Part shown: in pieces, positions 19,857 to 30,794 of the stretch | How the letters are laid out: every line of letters begins with the position of its first letter | How positions within the stretch are numbered: the stretch's first letter is position 1 | From: Candidatus Methanomethylicia archaeon | GTDB lineage: Archaea > Thermoproteota > Methanomethylicia > CALHIW01 | Direction: 5' to 3' | DNA: 64,000 bases | NCBI GenBank assembly: GCA_038845975.1 | Contig: JAWBQF010000003.1 | Coordinates: 80,872 to 144,871 of the forward strand | Notes under the pieces: model-generated | Seen by the model: the letters and a program-made list of their open reading frames with translations, nothing else | The model's database searches: none | What the model was told of the DNA's origin: nothing | Position numbers and translations under genes: made by a program

Positions 19857-20774
19857 TCAGCACCCTACAATATATCCTAGAGATAGGAGAAGAGATGCTG
19901 AAATGAATAGTATAAGTGTTCCACTCATAGCCGGTATAAGTCTTCTAGAATTTACATACTCCCTACTTAAAATCATACAGTTCCTAATAGCTAACGGTAT
20001 TGTAGCTAGTACGATTAGACTTGCTGAAGGCATAACTCTACAGGTAACACCTACCATTACGATTAAATATGTTAAGCCTACTAGGAGGTAATAGATGTAT
20101 TTTGCTCTCTCCCTTCCAATCCTAACAACTAGGTTTAGCTTCCCAGCTTTTCTATCAGCTTCATAGTCTGGGAACTCATTAATCCATATAACTAGGGTTA
20201 TGAGAATACCTGGTATAAGTGAGGAAATTATTACCTCCCTTAATAGTAGGCTTAACGTCTGTACATAGAAGCTTCCTAATACTATTAATGGACCGTAAGA
20301 TAACCCTATGAGAAACTCTCCAATCCCTCTATAAGCCCACATAAACGGAGGAGTACAATATAAAGCTCCAGTAAATATGCCTAGAAGCATCAAGACCAAT
20401 ACTGGGAAGCCACAAATCAAGGTTAAATATAAGCCTATAGCTATAGCAGCCATATAGAAAATAAAGCCAGCCTTAAATACTGTTTTAGGATTTAAAAGCC
20501 CTAATGGAAGCATACGGCTACCAGCATTAAATGGAGTAATGTCTTTTTCATCAACAATAATATCCACTCCACTTCTCCAGTCAAAGTACTCGTTAAATGT
20601 ATAGCATCCAGCCATAGCTAAAGAAACCCCGAGAAAAGTTAGGAGGAAAACATGTATGTTAAGGACTTTATAGTAGTAGTATGCTAAGCAGGTCCCTAAA
20701 ATTATTGATGGAATACCTGCAAGGAAAAACTTAACCCTAACTACATTAATCCATGGCTTAACATAACCAGACAT
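19857..20774 (-). CDS. menA: UbiA-family prenyltransferase, MenA-like
   Basis: NEYFDWRSGVD and INEFPDYEADRKAGK motifs; multiple TM. Confidence 0.8.
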   Translation of the reverse strand: MSGYVKPWINVVRVKFFLAGIPSIILGTCLAYYYYKVLNIHVFLLTFLGVSLAMAGCYTFNEYFDWRSGVDIIVDEKDITPFNAGSRMLPLGLLNPKTVFKAGFIFYMAAIAIGLYLTLICGFPVLVLMLLGIFTGALYCTPPFMWAYRGIGEFLIGLSYGPLIVLGSFYVQTLSLLLREVIISSLIPGILITLVIWINEFPDYEADRKAGKLNLVVRIGRERAKYIYYLLVGLTYLIVMVGVTCRVMPSASLIVLATIPLAIRNCMILSREYVNSRRLIPAMSGTLILFISASLLLSLGYIVGC

Positions 20775-21254
20775 AAAGCTAACTAATAATTAAGCTTAAA
20801 AATTTTTCCAAACTAGCTAAGCTTTGTAAATATTCATCATTTCTAACAGTATTCTCATCAAGCTTCAATTTAAGATTTAGAATTAACTCTACAAATATTA
20901 AATCCATTTAACCATCAAGCTCACGAACTTAACAGTTAAATATATTTCATTTAATAAAGCCATAGCTTATAAAGCCTCTAATTAAACCTATTACTCCTAG
21001 TATAGGTTCTCCTAATGATAATATGTTCTAGCATAATTAAGTAATATGGGAAGCTAGGTTTTAAATCTACTAGGCTTAATACCTTTTTATCTGATTAAGG
21101 AATAATTATTAGTCGCTATGTGGGTTTATAGATGTGAATTTCAGAATTAAGTTGTAAGCCTTAGATTTTGATGAGAATAAATCGTACAAGCATCTTTTTC
21201 CCATAGATATATCAAAGTAAACATCTTACTTAAACTCTAATTTAACCCATAAAG

Positions 21255-22028
21255 TTAGCATTTAATGCTATCTCTTACAGTATGGTGTTGGAAGAATTTA
21301 TTAGCTTCAATATATGATTCTTTAGTCCCTATATCCCACCAATAACCATCCAAAACATATCCATAAACAGATTCTCTTCTATGAAGCCACTCTATAAATC
21401 TCCCAGGCTGATCCTTCTCTAAGCCTTCCTCAACATATTCTTTAATTCTTGAAAGTATCCTCTTTGGAAATATGTAGATACATGTTCCTATAAGAGTTGT
21501 TCTTGGTTGCTGTGGTTTCTCCTCAAAATCTATTATTCTACCCTCCTCATCAAGTAGGACTGTTGCATAATGCTTAGCTAAATCTCTATTCTTCACATCG
21601 TATAGAGCAACTATCGATGATGATTTCTCCCTATAGAAGTCAATAATCCCTTTAAGGCTAGTAGTAAACAAGTTATCTCCAGCTATAATTAAACAGTCAC
21701 TATGAATATTTGATGTAATTTCAGCTAATGCCTTTACAGCTCCAGGTTTCTCCTCCTCACATCGCGACTTATCAACAACAATCTCTACATATTGATAATT
21801 TTTAGTATTAAGCCACCTCCTAAAACATTCTTCAAATCTAAGATTTGTAGAAATAACAATACGCTCTACATCACCTACCAAATTCAACCTATCCAATATA
21901 TATTCAATAATAGGCTTCCCAGCTATCGGTAGGAGGGGCTTAGGCTTATCCATAGTTAAAGGCCAAAGCCTCTTAGCATATCCTCCAGCTAAAATAATAG
22001 CTATCATCCTCCACCCCACAATAAGCAC
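21255..22028 (-). CDS. NDP-sugar pyrophosphorylase (sugar-1-phosphate nucleotidyltransferase)
   Basis: IILAGGYAKRLWPLT..PKPLLPIAGKP; WWDIGT. Confidence 0.92.
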   Translation of the reverse strand: MLIVGWRMIAIILAGGYAKRLWPLTMDKPKPLLPIAGKPIIEYILDRLNLVGDVERIVISTNLRFEECFRRWLNTKNYQYVEIVVDKSRCEEEKPGAVKALAEITSNIHSDCLIIAGDNLFTTSLKGIIDFYREKSSSIVALYDVKNRDLAKHYATVLLDEEGRIIDFEEKPQQPRTTLIGTCIYIFPKRILSRIKEYVEEGLEKDQPGRFIEWLHRRESVYGYVLDGYWWDIGTKESYIEANKFFQHHTVRDSIKC

Positions 22029-22329
22029 CCAATTCCCTACTCCACTAAGTATTAAAAATCATACTTATAAATTCTTAAATATCTATTACATTGGCAATAT
22101 GGAAAAGTATATACTACTTAGCCTAAAATCATAGGTTGAAACTATTACCTCCCATATAAACTTCTCCAGTAAAATACTAAATTAAAATTAGGAGGATTTG
22201 CCTACGAGACCTCTCATGCTATTAATCTAGCAAGCATCTGAATCTGTAGCCATCATATCTCCAGTTATATTCCCTACTAAGCACATTAAAGCCAATCTCC
22301 ATATTCCCCCTAAGTCTAACCAACTCAGC

Positions 22330-22440
22330 CTATGTTCCTTAGAATCCCATCATGTCTCTTAAATTCAGCTATAATATCCTTCCTTAACCTAGCGATTTCA
22401 CTCCATATCTTAGCAAATTCTCCATCACGCCACTCATCTT
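22330..22440 (-). pseudogene. Remnant of repetitive coiled-coil (DUF3782/paREP-like) gene
   Basis: RDGEFAKIWSEIARLRKDIIAEFKRHDG fragment. Confidence 0.45.
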
Positions 22441-22599
22441 TTATGGATTTCGCTGTTACTGTTTGAGTAAAGTTTAGTTTTTAGATGTTTCAGTTACTCC
22501 ATGCTCTATTTGATCGTTAGCTTGTCTCTACTGCTTCTTCAATGTTAAGCTCCTCAGTTAGTTTTAATGTTCCTCTACATTATTATGATTATTACTTGC

Positions 22600-22982
22600 A
22601 TCCTATATTTATTTCTCATATTTTAGGTACTTCAACTATTCCACCTAGCAATGCAATCTATCCAGGCAATTTGTATTTCAACGTCGAATTCTCTGGATGT
22701 GAGTTCAAGCCTTCTAGTCATGCTCGCCTTGAGGAGGTGCATTCCGCTACGGGGATTGCAGATTTTCTTACTCATTAGTAGGCTGAATGCTATGCTTATG
22801 ATGTGGTTTCCAATCCTGTGGAGGATGAGTATGTTTCACGATCTTTCTTAAGCCTACGGCCTCATCATGGTCTTCAGCATGCTTTAGGAGTTTTCAAACA
22901 TCTTTGAAGTTGTAGGTGTAGGCAGCATCCATAACTAGCATGTAGTGGGTGGAAACCTTCTCTATGGCGGGTCTGATAGCTC
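22600..22982 (-). pseudogene. Glycosyltransferase family 2 remnant
   Basis: AIRPAIEKVSTHYMLVMDAAYTY...LHRIGNHIISIAFSLLM...RRLELTSREFDVEIQIA, with stops and frameshifts. Confidence 0.7.
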
Positions 22983-23584
22983 AAGTTCTCTATGAAGCAT
23001 GTTACTACTCCTGCTTATTGGCTACTCTGTCCAGGTTCATAGACATTAAACAATCTCAGTATAACGTATTTTAAGTCTTGCTTAGCATAGAATTTAATAA
23101 ACTTCTCATACATTAGTTTTGTAAGGCCATGGATAAAATTGAATTTAATTGATGATTTTCACTTATAGGTAGGATTTTAGGTTCACCATATACAGCTGTA
23201 CTACTTAAATAGACCCTGTAAATCCTAATTTAAAAATGGTTAAAATTGTAAGCTTAACACCACTATCTAGACATGCCTTAGCTACATTAGCTGTTCCAGC
23301 TACATTATTCCTGAAGTAGAGTATGGTCTTCCTCATTGATTCTTCTACATTTATTAGGTAGCTGTATGCACCACTACATTAACATCCTCTAGGGCTTTCT
23401 TCATAACATTGACATTTAATACATTACCTTTAAGGAAAGATACCTTATACATGCAGTCTTTTCCAAGCAAACCCCGCTGCTCTTTCAAGATTATCAAAGA
23501 CTAAAACATCATAACCATAATTCTTCAGAAAATTGCTGTATTATACCCTATAAAACCCATACCACCAGTAACCAGAATATACAT
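22983..23584 (-). pseudogene. NAD-dependent sugar epimerase (GalE-like) pseudogene
   Basis: MYILVTGGMGFIG, FRNNVAGTANV, YLSSTAVYGEP, LRLFNVYEPGQ; multiple frameshifts; ~32-bp insertion at 23212-23243. Confidence 0.85.
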
Positions 23585-24456
23585 AGTCAATACAGTATTT
23601 CTAAATTTATATTTATTTACTTGCTAGTTACCCAAGTCTTTCAAAGCTTCTTTAATGATTAGTATTGCTTTAAACTTACTGATATTGGTTTTACTGAAAT
23701 CACGTAGTTAAAGCTTTAATTTCTACAATCACCTTACCATAATACTTGCTTATTATTCTATTTTCTGTTTTCTAGATGTTTCTTCTTGTTATTGTTAGTG
23801 TTATTATTACATACATATGTAACCTCCATGTTTCAGGTTTTCACCATATTCCAATACGAATTTCCTAGCAAGATCTCTAAATTCTTCGGCTTCCTCAAGT
23901 ATAATAGTATTACCCTCACTCTTCTCAATATATTCCTCTATCTTCTTTAACTCAACTCTAGATGATGGATTCAGCACGCTTAACTTAATGGTTCTTGTTA
24001 CTAGCTTCCCCTATTAGGACCTCCTTAGATTCATCCCTACTAACCCCTATGAACTAGAACTTGAAATTAACTTGCTTGAAGAAATCAATCATAGACATGA
24101 CTCTTTTAAAGAATGTGTTCTGATTAAAATCGATCTGTTTGACTTCTTTATCAACATGCTTCATAGAATTTTCCTCAGAACTCAGGAACTCTACATCCAG
24201 AAAGGATAGAGTTTCTAGTTCAAATTGTAGAGGTGAACTAGGAGCCTAAGCTCAGTAAGGTAAAACGGGATATAACAGTTTTTAAGTCGGTTCTAAACAT
24301 TTCCACTTACCTAAACAGTTCCTCACAAAACTTAACACCAGCAATAAATGAAAAGAATTAATGCAAAGAATCTTTTAATGTCTCTTAACAGATCTTGGGG
24401 ATTTATGTAAAGTCGTGGAAAAATGTAGTGAAGATATTTAGATATGTTGTTGGACT

Positions 24457-25128
24457 TTACTCTACCTTCTTATAGCATAACCACCAATCTAGACACTTTA
24501 TCTCCCCAGTTTTCTCTTGTTCTCTTCTTTTCCGGATCATATCTACCGTGTTTGCTGGTGGAACGATTACATTGTCGCCAATTATCTCATTGTTGGGCCA
24601 GTTGGCTGGTATAGCGTAGCCTTTATCAGCTATTTGAAGCGCTCTCACCATTCGGAGTATTTCATCCATGTTTCTGCCGAGCTCCATTGGATAATAAAGT
24701 ATTGCCCTGACAATGCCTTTAGGGTCAACTATGAAGACAGCTCTTACGGTCTGTGTTCCTGCAGCCTGCTTGTGACGCATACCTAATCTTGCAGATATTT
24801 CACCAGTATTGTCTGCAATTATTGGGAACTTTATCTCTACGTTAAGCTTTTCCTTAATCCATTCTTCCCATTTTAAATGTGCGAAAACTTGGTCTATGCT
24901 TAATCCTATTAGCTCACATTGTAGCTTCTGGAATTCCTCATATCTTTTCTGGAATGCAACAAATTCTGTAGTGCATACTGGTGTAAAATCGGCTGGATGG
25001 CTGAAGAGAATAAACCACTTACCGCTATAATCATCTGGAAGTTTAATCACACCCCTAGTGGTTCTAACCTCCATTTGAGGAAATCTATCACCTATTAACG
25101 GCATTTTATACTCTTCCATAAAAATCAC
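24457..25128 (-). CDS. Peroxiredoxin (archaeal Prx6/TPx type)
   Basis: [15 protein letters not shown]; GRNMDEILR; C-terminal CLDWWLC. Confidence 0.95.
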   Translation of the reverse strand: MIFMEEYKMPLIGDRFPQMEVRTTRGVIKLPDDYSGKWFILFSHPADFTPVCTTEFVAFQKRYEEFQKLQCELIGLSIDQVFAHLKWEEWIKEKLNVEIKFPIIADNTGEISARLGMRHKQAAGTQTVRAVFIVDPKGIVRAILYYPMELGRNMDEILRMVRALQIADKGYAIPANWPNNEIIGDNVIVPPANTVDMIRKRREQEKTGEIKCLDWWLCYKKVE

Positions 25129-25494
25129 GTAGATTATATTATAATAAGCTATCTTATAAAGCTTGTGATCTAGCTAAACATCTTATACTTTTCACAAAAT
25201 CGCTAAACACTTTTCATGATAATAATGACGTATAAAGTTTGCTTGTGAGATTCTCTCTAAACTGTAAATTTATTCCAGTACTGTTATTACCATTAACCTA
25301 GTAAACGTGAAGTTAAGGAGTTGGGAAAACTATAGATTTTCTACTTTCTCCTTTGCTAGCGGGTTTTCGATTATCTTGAGGATTTGTTCATGTCTAGATC
25401 GCTACATTTAACTTCTCCTATTAAAGTCTTATAAAAGATGTGGGGTGATAAAATTTTAGTAAGTGATTATTAACTGAAAAGTCGGGGTGTTTAA

Positions 25495-25905
25495 ATGCGG
25501 TTGTGGTTGATTCACCCTAAATATCTTGATTGTAGGGGTTTGATTGCTGTTTGGAGAGAAGGCCTTTTAGCAAAGAAGGTTCTAGAGGGAAAAACTAGAG
25601 GCTATAGGAATCATCCGCAGCTTACAATTTTTAAATCATATGAGAAACCTATTGATTTGATTAATGCTTATTTGTTTCAAATTTATCTTGAAGCAAGGAG
25701 AAGAGGTTATTCCTTTGATTCTTCAAAAATAGAGTTCCTGAATTTAAAAGAAGCTATAACCATTACAAAAGAACAATTGAAAATCGAGTTTCAGTTATTG
25801 CTGGAAAAGTTAAAGGTAAGGGATAAAAAGAAGTTTGAAGAAATAAAGAGCCTACAACTTGATAGTGTAGAGTCAAATCCTATCTTTAGAGTAGTTGAGA
25901 AATAA
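25495..25905 (+). CDS. Pyrimidine-dimer DNA glycosylase / T4 endonuclease V family
   Basis: MRLWLIHPKYLD..GLIAVWREGLLA...GYRNHPQL...EARRRGY. Confidence 0.85.
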   Translation: MRLWLIHPKYLDCRGLIAVWREGLLAKKVLEGKTRGYRNHPQLTIFKSYEKPIDLINAYLFQIYLEARRRGYSFDSSKIEFLNLKEAITITKEQLKIEFQLLLEKLKVRDKKKFEEIKSLQLDSVESNPIFRVVEK

Positions 25906-26489
25906 AGACTTTTAAATTATAGTTCAGATAGTAAGGACAGAGTATTTATGGTTTAATTCTTAAATACTAATAGTTTACTTAAACAGTTGATGTGGGGGAG
26001 CAAATTAAATAAGGAAAGCTGAAGAAATTGCTTTAAACAGTGGATATGAGCCTATAGAGCTTTACTGAATGACTAGCTTATATAACCTAAGGAAAATGAT
26101 GAAAATGGAGAAATATTCAAGCATACTTTCAAAGATTTAGTTTATAACTTAAGAATGGAGAGTTCAAAGTTTGGATAGCTGTTCTGTTACATGCTCTTAA
26201 TTTCTTCATTGAATTCTATTGAAATGAATGTCCCTCTATGAGTGTAAGAATCTCCTATCTCTAACCATCGGCAACACTACTTCTCCAAACCTCTCTCTAA
26301 ATACATGGGTATTTAGAGAGTTTCCAAGCTTCCTCAGATAAACGTTAACTGTACCATCAGAACCACGTGCCCATATATTAATGCTTCACGTTTGGGTTAG
26401 TTAAGAGGTAACAGTACTTCTTGATGTGTACAAGTACAACTATTAGATAAAGTCCTCAATAAAATTTCGGTTCTAAACCCAATTGGATG

Positions 26490-26563
26490 CGGGCCCGGTG
26501 GGACTTGAACCCACGACCATCGGCTCCGAAGGCCGACGCGCTTCCATACTACGCCACGGGCCC
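26490..26563 (-). tRNA. tRNA-Arg (anticodon UCG), intronless, no encoded CCA
   Basis: GGGCCCG acceptor stem, TCGGC-CT TCG GA-GCCGA anticodon arm, GTGGG-TTCAAGT-CCCAC T arm; upstream gaaaagatataaa promoter. Confidence 0.97.
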
Positions 26564-26667
26564 AATTTCTACATTATTTATTAGGTTTATATCTTTTCCT
26601 GATAAGTAACTCCTAGATATTGATTGTTTATTACGTGCTGTTTTTCTGAGTTTACCTATTTGATTTT

Positions 26668-26950
26668 GCTTTTGACTTAATCTTTTAGTTTTTCCTGTTT
26701 GTTATGAATTGATGTATTGTCGATGATGGGTCTATTAAGCATGATGTATCTCTTCTTAATCTTAGTTTATAGTTATGATGAGAAGATAAGCTTTACGAAC
26801 TACCTAGATTAGTGGTTTCTAAGTTTATGGATGTATATGTTAGGTTCTAGCTATTGTATGCTACCTGTTCATAGCCTTGCAGTCCTGAAGGCTTTACTGG
26901 AATGCTTAATTCTACTCATAAGCTTCCATTAATAGATGTTGATTAGAGGC
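26668..26950 (+). mobile_element. Highly degenerate left part of IS5/IS903-type element
   Basis: gcttttgacttaat end and ...gcagtcctgaaggcttt... align with 50204 element. Confidence 0.5.
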
Positions 26951-27219
26951 TTAGACTTGATTTATTGCTTACTATATTTATCTCTAGTAACTGTTGTAGT
27001 AGTGTAGGTATTGTATATGTATGTTAAAAGATATATGATGTAGACAATACATAAAATATGCTTTATAGTAAACATTAAGGCTGGAGAGGTTGTAGCCATC
27101 ATGCTGGCTCTATGAATTCTAGATTTGGAAACAGTATGTGTTAATGGTCCAAGTTCATAAGGCATCATGTTAATAGATTAAATTTATTAGTTAGTAATTT
27201 AATTCTGGCTGGTATCTGT

Positions 27220-27720
27220 ATGAGTTATGAAGATGTTGTTAAAAAGGTAGGGGATTTAGCTTACTACTACGAGCTTGTATATCATGGATGTTCTCAATGT
27301 GTGTTGAAGGCTATACAGGATAGCTTGAATGTTGGGGATAACTTAACGTTTAAAGCTGCAACAGCATTTGCTGGCGGAATTGCGAGAGCTGGGGAGGAAT
27401 GTGGAGCATTAATGGGTGGAATTATGGCTATTAGTGTAGTTTATGGGAGGGATAGACTTGAGGAATCTATAGTATCTAGTGGATATCTTAAAGCTATGGA
27501 GTTATCAGTAAAGCTATATGAGGAATTTAAAAAAGAGTTTGGAAGTGTGAAGTGTAGTGATATTCAGAAAAAACTGTTTGGAAGAAGCTTTAATCTTAGA
27601 AGTGAGGAGGATAGGAAAAAGTTTGCAGAGGCAGGAGCATACGGTCCCTCAGGATGTGCTCAAGTAGTAAAGAAGGGAGCAATGCTAGCCGCCAAGATAA
27701 TTTTAGAAAACCTAAAATAA
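27220..27720 (+). CDS. C-GCAxxG-C-C family redox-active protein
   Basis: GCSQCV, GEECGALMGG, GSVKC, C-terminal C. Confidence 0.88.
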   Translation: MSYEDVVKKVGDLAYYYELVYHGCSQCVLKAIQDSLNVGDNLTFKAATAFAGGIARAGEECGALMGGIMAISVVYGRDRLEESIVSSGYLKAMELSVKLYEEFKKEFGSVKCSDIQKKLFGRSFNLRSEEDRKKFAEAGAYGPSGCAQVVKKGAMLAAKIILENLK

Positions 27721-27756
27721 TACCTCAAATTTTTATTCATAATATAGTATAGGTAG

Positions 27757-29070
27757 GTGGTGTTGCTGGTTGTTTTAAGGAGGCCACGGGGTACAAGGGA
27801 TTTTCTTCCATGGGATATGATTAGGAGGAGATATGTTATTGAAACTATAAAGTCTGTTTTTGAGTCTTACGGCTATGATGAGATTGAAACTCCTGCTTTT
27901 GAGTTCCTTGATGTTTTAACCGCTAAGTGCGGACCTGAAATTAGAAGTCAAATCTATGCTTTCAAAGATAAGGCAGGTAGGAGTTTAGGGCTTAGATATG
28001 ATTTAACAACTCCTCTAGCTAGAATTGTAGCTAGCTATCTAGATCTACCTAAACCCTTTAAGAGGTACTGTATATCGAGGGTTTGGAGGTATGAGGAGCC
28101 CCAAAGCGGGAGGTATAGAGAATTCTGGCAGGCTGACGTAGATATTATTGGATGCTCTGAAATGGCTGCTGATGCTGAGGTAATAGCGGTTGCTATATCA
28201 TGCCTTGAAAAGCTCGGAATGAAAAACTTTAAAGTTAGACTTAACAATAGGAAAATACTTGAATCAATATCTTCAGCTATAGGTGTAGATAGAGGAAATA
28301 GCTTAAATGTTTTCCGAGCAATAGATAAGCTTGATAAAATAGGTATTGATGGAGTTAAGCTTGAACTGGAGAAAATAGGTTTAAGTAAGGATCAAATATC
28401 AGAAATAGCTAACTACATATCAATATCAGGAAGTATAGATACTATTGAGAGAAGTATAGGGTGTATGCTTGATAATATTGGGAAGCAGGGCTTTAAAGAA
28501 TTGATTGAGATTGTGGAGGATCTTGAAAAGTATGGATTCTCAAACTATGTATTGGATTTAAGCTTAGCAAGAGGATTAGACTACTATACAGGCCCAATAT
28601 TTGAGGTTCATGCTGAAACAACAGTTAAGATTGGTAGTGTAGCTGGAGGGGGAAGATATGATAGTCTAGTAGAGCTTTTAGGTGGACCACCTACGCCTGC
28701 AACAGGAATATCTTTAGGTATAGATAGGATTGTTGAGGTTCTCGGTGAAGCTAAAATGCTTCCAACAAGTAAAACAGTAACTCAGCTATTCATAGCCTAC
28801 GTTAATCCATCAATTAGAACTGAAGCAATAAAGCTAGCTAGTAAATTAAGAAGTGAGGGATTAAGAGTTGAAGTAGATATTATGGGGAGAAAGCTTGAAA
28901 GACAGCTTAAATATGCTGATACTAAAGGAATACCATATACTCTGATAATTGGACCGAAAGAACTAGAACTTGGAGTCTACAGATTAAGAGATATGATAAA
29001 CAGAGTGGAGAAAGAAGTTAGACTGGAAGACATATCGAAAATATGCCAATCCACTAAGTATATTGTCTAG
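27757..29070 (+). CDS. hisS: Histidine--tRNA ligase
   Basis: PRGTRDF, LRYDLT, WRYEEPQSGRYREFWQ, LARGLDYYTG, AGGGRYD. Confidence 0.98.
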   Translation: MVLLVVLRRPRGTRDFLPWDMIRRRYVIETIKSVFESYGYDEIETPAFEFLDVLTAKCGPEIRSQIYAFKDKAGRSLGLRYDLTTPLARIVASYLDLPKPFKRYCISRVWRYEEPQSGRYREFWQADVDIIGCSEMAADAEVIAVAISCLEKLGMKNFKVRLNNRKILESISSAIGVDRGNSLNVFRAIDKLDKIGIDGVKLELEKIGLSKDQISEIANYISISGSIDTIERSIGCMLDNIGKQGFKELIEIVEDLEKYGFSNYVLDLSLARGLDYYTGPIFEVHAETTVKIGSVAGGGRYDSLVELLGGPPTPATGISLGIDRIVEVLGEAKMLPTSKTVTQLFIAYVNPSIRTEAIKLASKLRSEGLRVEVDIMGRKLERQLKYADTKGIPYTLIIGPKELELGVYRLRDMINRVEKEVRLEDISKICQSTKYIV

Positions 29071-29635
29071 AAGCCTAACTTAGCAAATACCTATTCATAC
29101 TACTTAATACTAATAGTTTCCTATTTCATCACAAATATTGAAGGGAGAAATAATAGAGTTAAGTAGAATCTATACAAGTAATCCATGGACATATCGTGTA
29201 ATCATAATAGAGAATAAACACTCATACTTAACTATTTCAGTATCTTAGGATTACTAATTCTACAATTACATGAACTTAGCCTAACTCTCTAAAGCTAACA
29301 GAATACTTTTCTATGATGTAGCATCTCATAGTGGCTATAGATGATATAAGTAGTCTGATGAATATATTCCATTCAATTACCTATTTAGTAGTTTGTTGAT
29401 TTCGGTTAAGAACATCATTTTCTTAATATAATGATAATTATACTCCTACTATACTTCTCCTACTAGGGAGGTAATGTATGGTAATCAAACTATTCGAGAA
29501 CCTAATGTATTATCAATAAGAATGTTTGCTTATCATAATAGTTTAACCCGTCAATGAACTGTCTAGATATCATTATGTTTACGGTTCTTGTAGTTATTAC
29601 CTTAAATATTTTATAGCTTCACAACCAAATACTGC

Positions 29636-29700
29636 TATTGGACATGGCAACTTAGAGGTTATATAAGTTCTATTTTATTGTTTTATGTTGGTATTAGGGG
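29636..29700 (-). repeat. Solo IS end, inverted copy of 7480-7543
   Basis: tattggacatggcaactta...tttattgttttatgttggtattaggg. Confidence 0.6.
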
Positions 29701-29774
29701 TTGATAGTATCTTATCCTATATCCTCTAGAATCATTTAATGCTATGCTTAAACTATCTCAATACTGCTAGTGGA

Positions 29775-30542
29775 TTAGTGTTCCATATAGTAATTGCTTA
29801 AATACTTTATTTTCGGGAGCTTAAACAATTCATTATCTTCAACTACTATTGGAGTAAGCTCCTCAATATCTATGCTCTGTAAAATTGGGGATAAGAACTC
29901 CTCTCTTCTAGCTTCATTTACTGAGGTTCCTGTTGCAAGCGGTGAGAAGGCAGGAATAACTATTAGTTCTCTACCCTTATATGTACCTTTAAGAAAACAT
30001 TTAAACTTAAATTTAGCTCCTAGCTTATCTCTTAATGTTACTGCTGGATGTTCATGAGCCATAATTATCATTTCAGTATCCCCTATATCTTGAGGTAATT
30101 GTTCATGTCCATGAATAAATATAGTATCCTCCAGTTTAAAGCATGGATAGTGGAAGTCTATGGAGAATTTACTTAGAATGTTTAATATGTAGTTATCATG
30201 ATTCCCCCTTACAACATGTATTCTCAACATATTCTTTAAGGTATTAAGCAAATCTTTAACTTCAATCCATTCCTGTATTGACGGTCTACCAAACTCTGTT
30301 TTAATATCACCCAGTATAATAAGCTCAGCTATATTTCTCTCATCAATCATATTTAGAAGCTTCCTCTTCATTCTAGGATAGGTACTTAAAGGTAGGAGTA
30401 CTCCATGCTTTTCCAGAGCTGCCTCATGTCCAATATGTAGGTCAGCAATAACTAGAATCCCTAAATCACTTATATACAGTCCCAAATCAACTATTTCTAT
30501 CTTCACTAAAATATTAGGAATCAATAAATATATAAATTTCAC
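29775..30542 (-). CDS. Calcineurin-like metallophosphoesterase (ICC-like)
   Basis: IADLHIG, LGD, RGNHD, HGH, AHEHP motifs. Confidence 0.92.
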   Translation of the reverse strand: MKFIYLLIPNILVKIEIVDLGLYISDLGILVIADLHIGHEAALEKHGVLLPLSTYPRMKRKLLNMIDERNIAELIILGDIKTEFGRPSIQEWIEVKDLLNTLKNMLRIHVVRGNHDNYILNILSKFSIDFHYPCFKLEDTIFIHGHEQLPQDIGDTEMIIMAHEHPAVTLRDKLGAKFKFKCFLKGTYKGRELIVIPAFSPLATGTSVNEARREEFLSPILQSIDIEELTPIVVEDNELFKLPKIKYLSNYYMEH

Positions 30543-30794
30543 TATTACCTTAAATATTGGTTTGTGCTGTTATGAATTATTATTGGTTATTGAAGCCTCC
30601 AATATGCTACTTGTTAGACTGGTAATACTCTAAAAGATCTTCCATATTGCTGTATATTTAGCTATAGTGAGATGAAGATTTCCGTTATCTCTGAATAATA
30701 ATAAACTCTTACTTCTCTCTGGAAGGGTATAAATATAGCTATTAATTCTAGATAATTTTGAAGCTGATATAGCTTACTGTTATGTAGGTGTAGA

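Noticed and set aside
22542-22851. Two short + strand ORFs
   Set aside because: Antisense to the GT2 pseudogene
26962-27168. 68-aa minus-strand ORF
   Set aside because: Low complexity, lies in IS-remnant DNA, no recognisable motif
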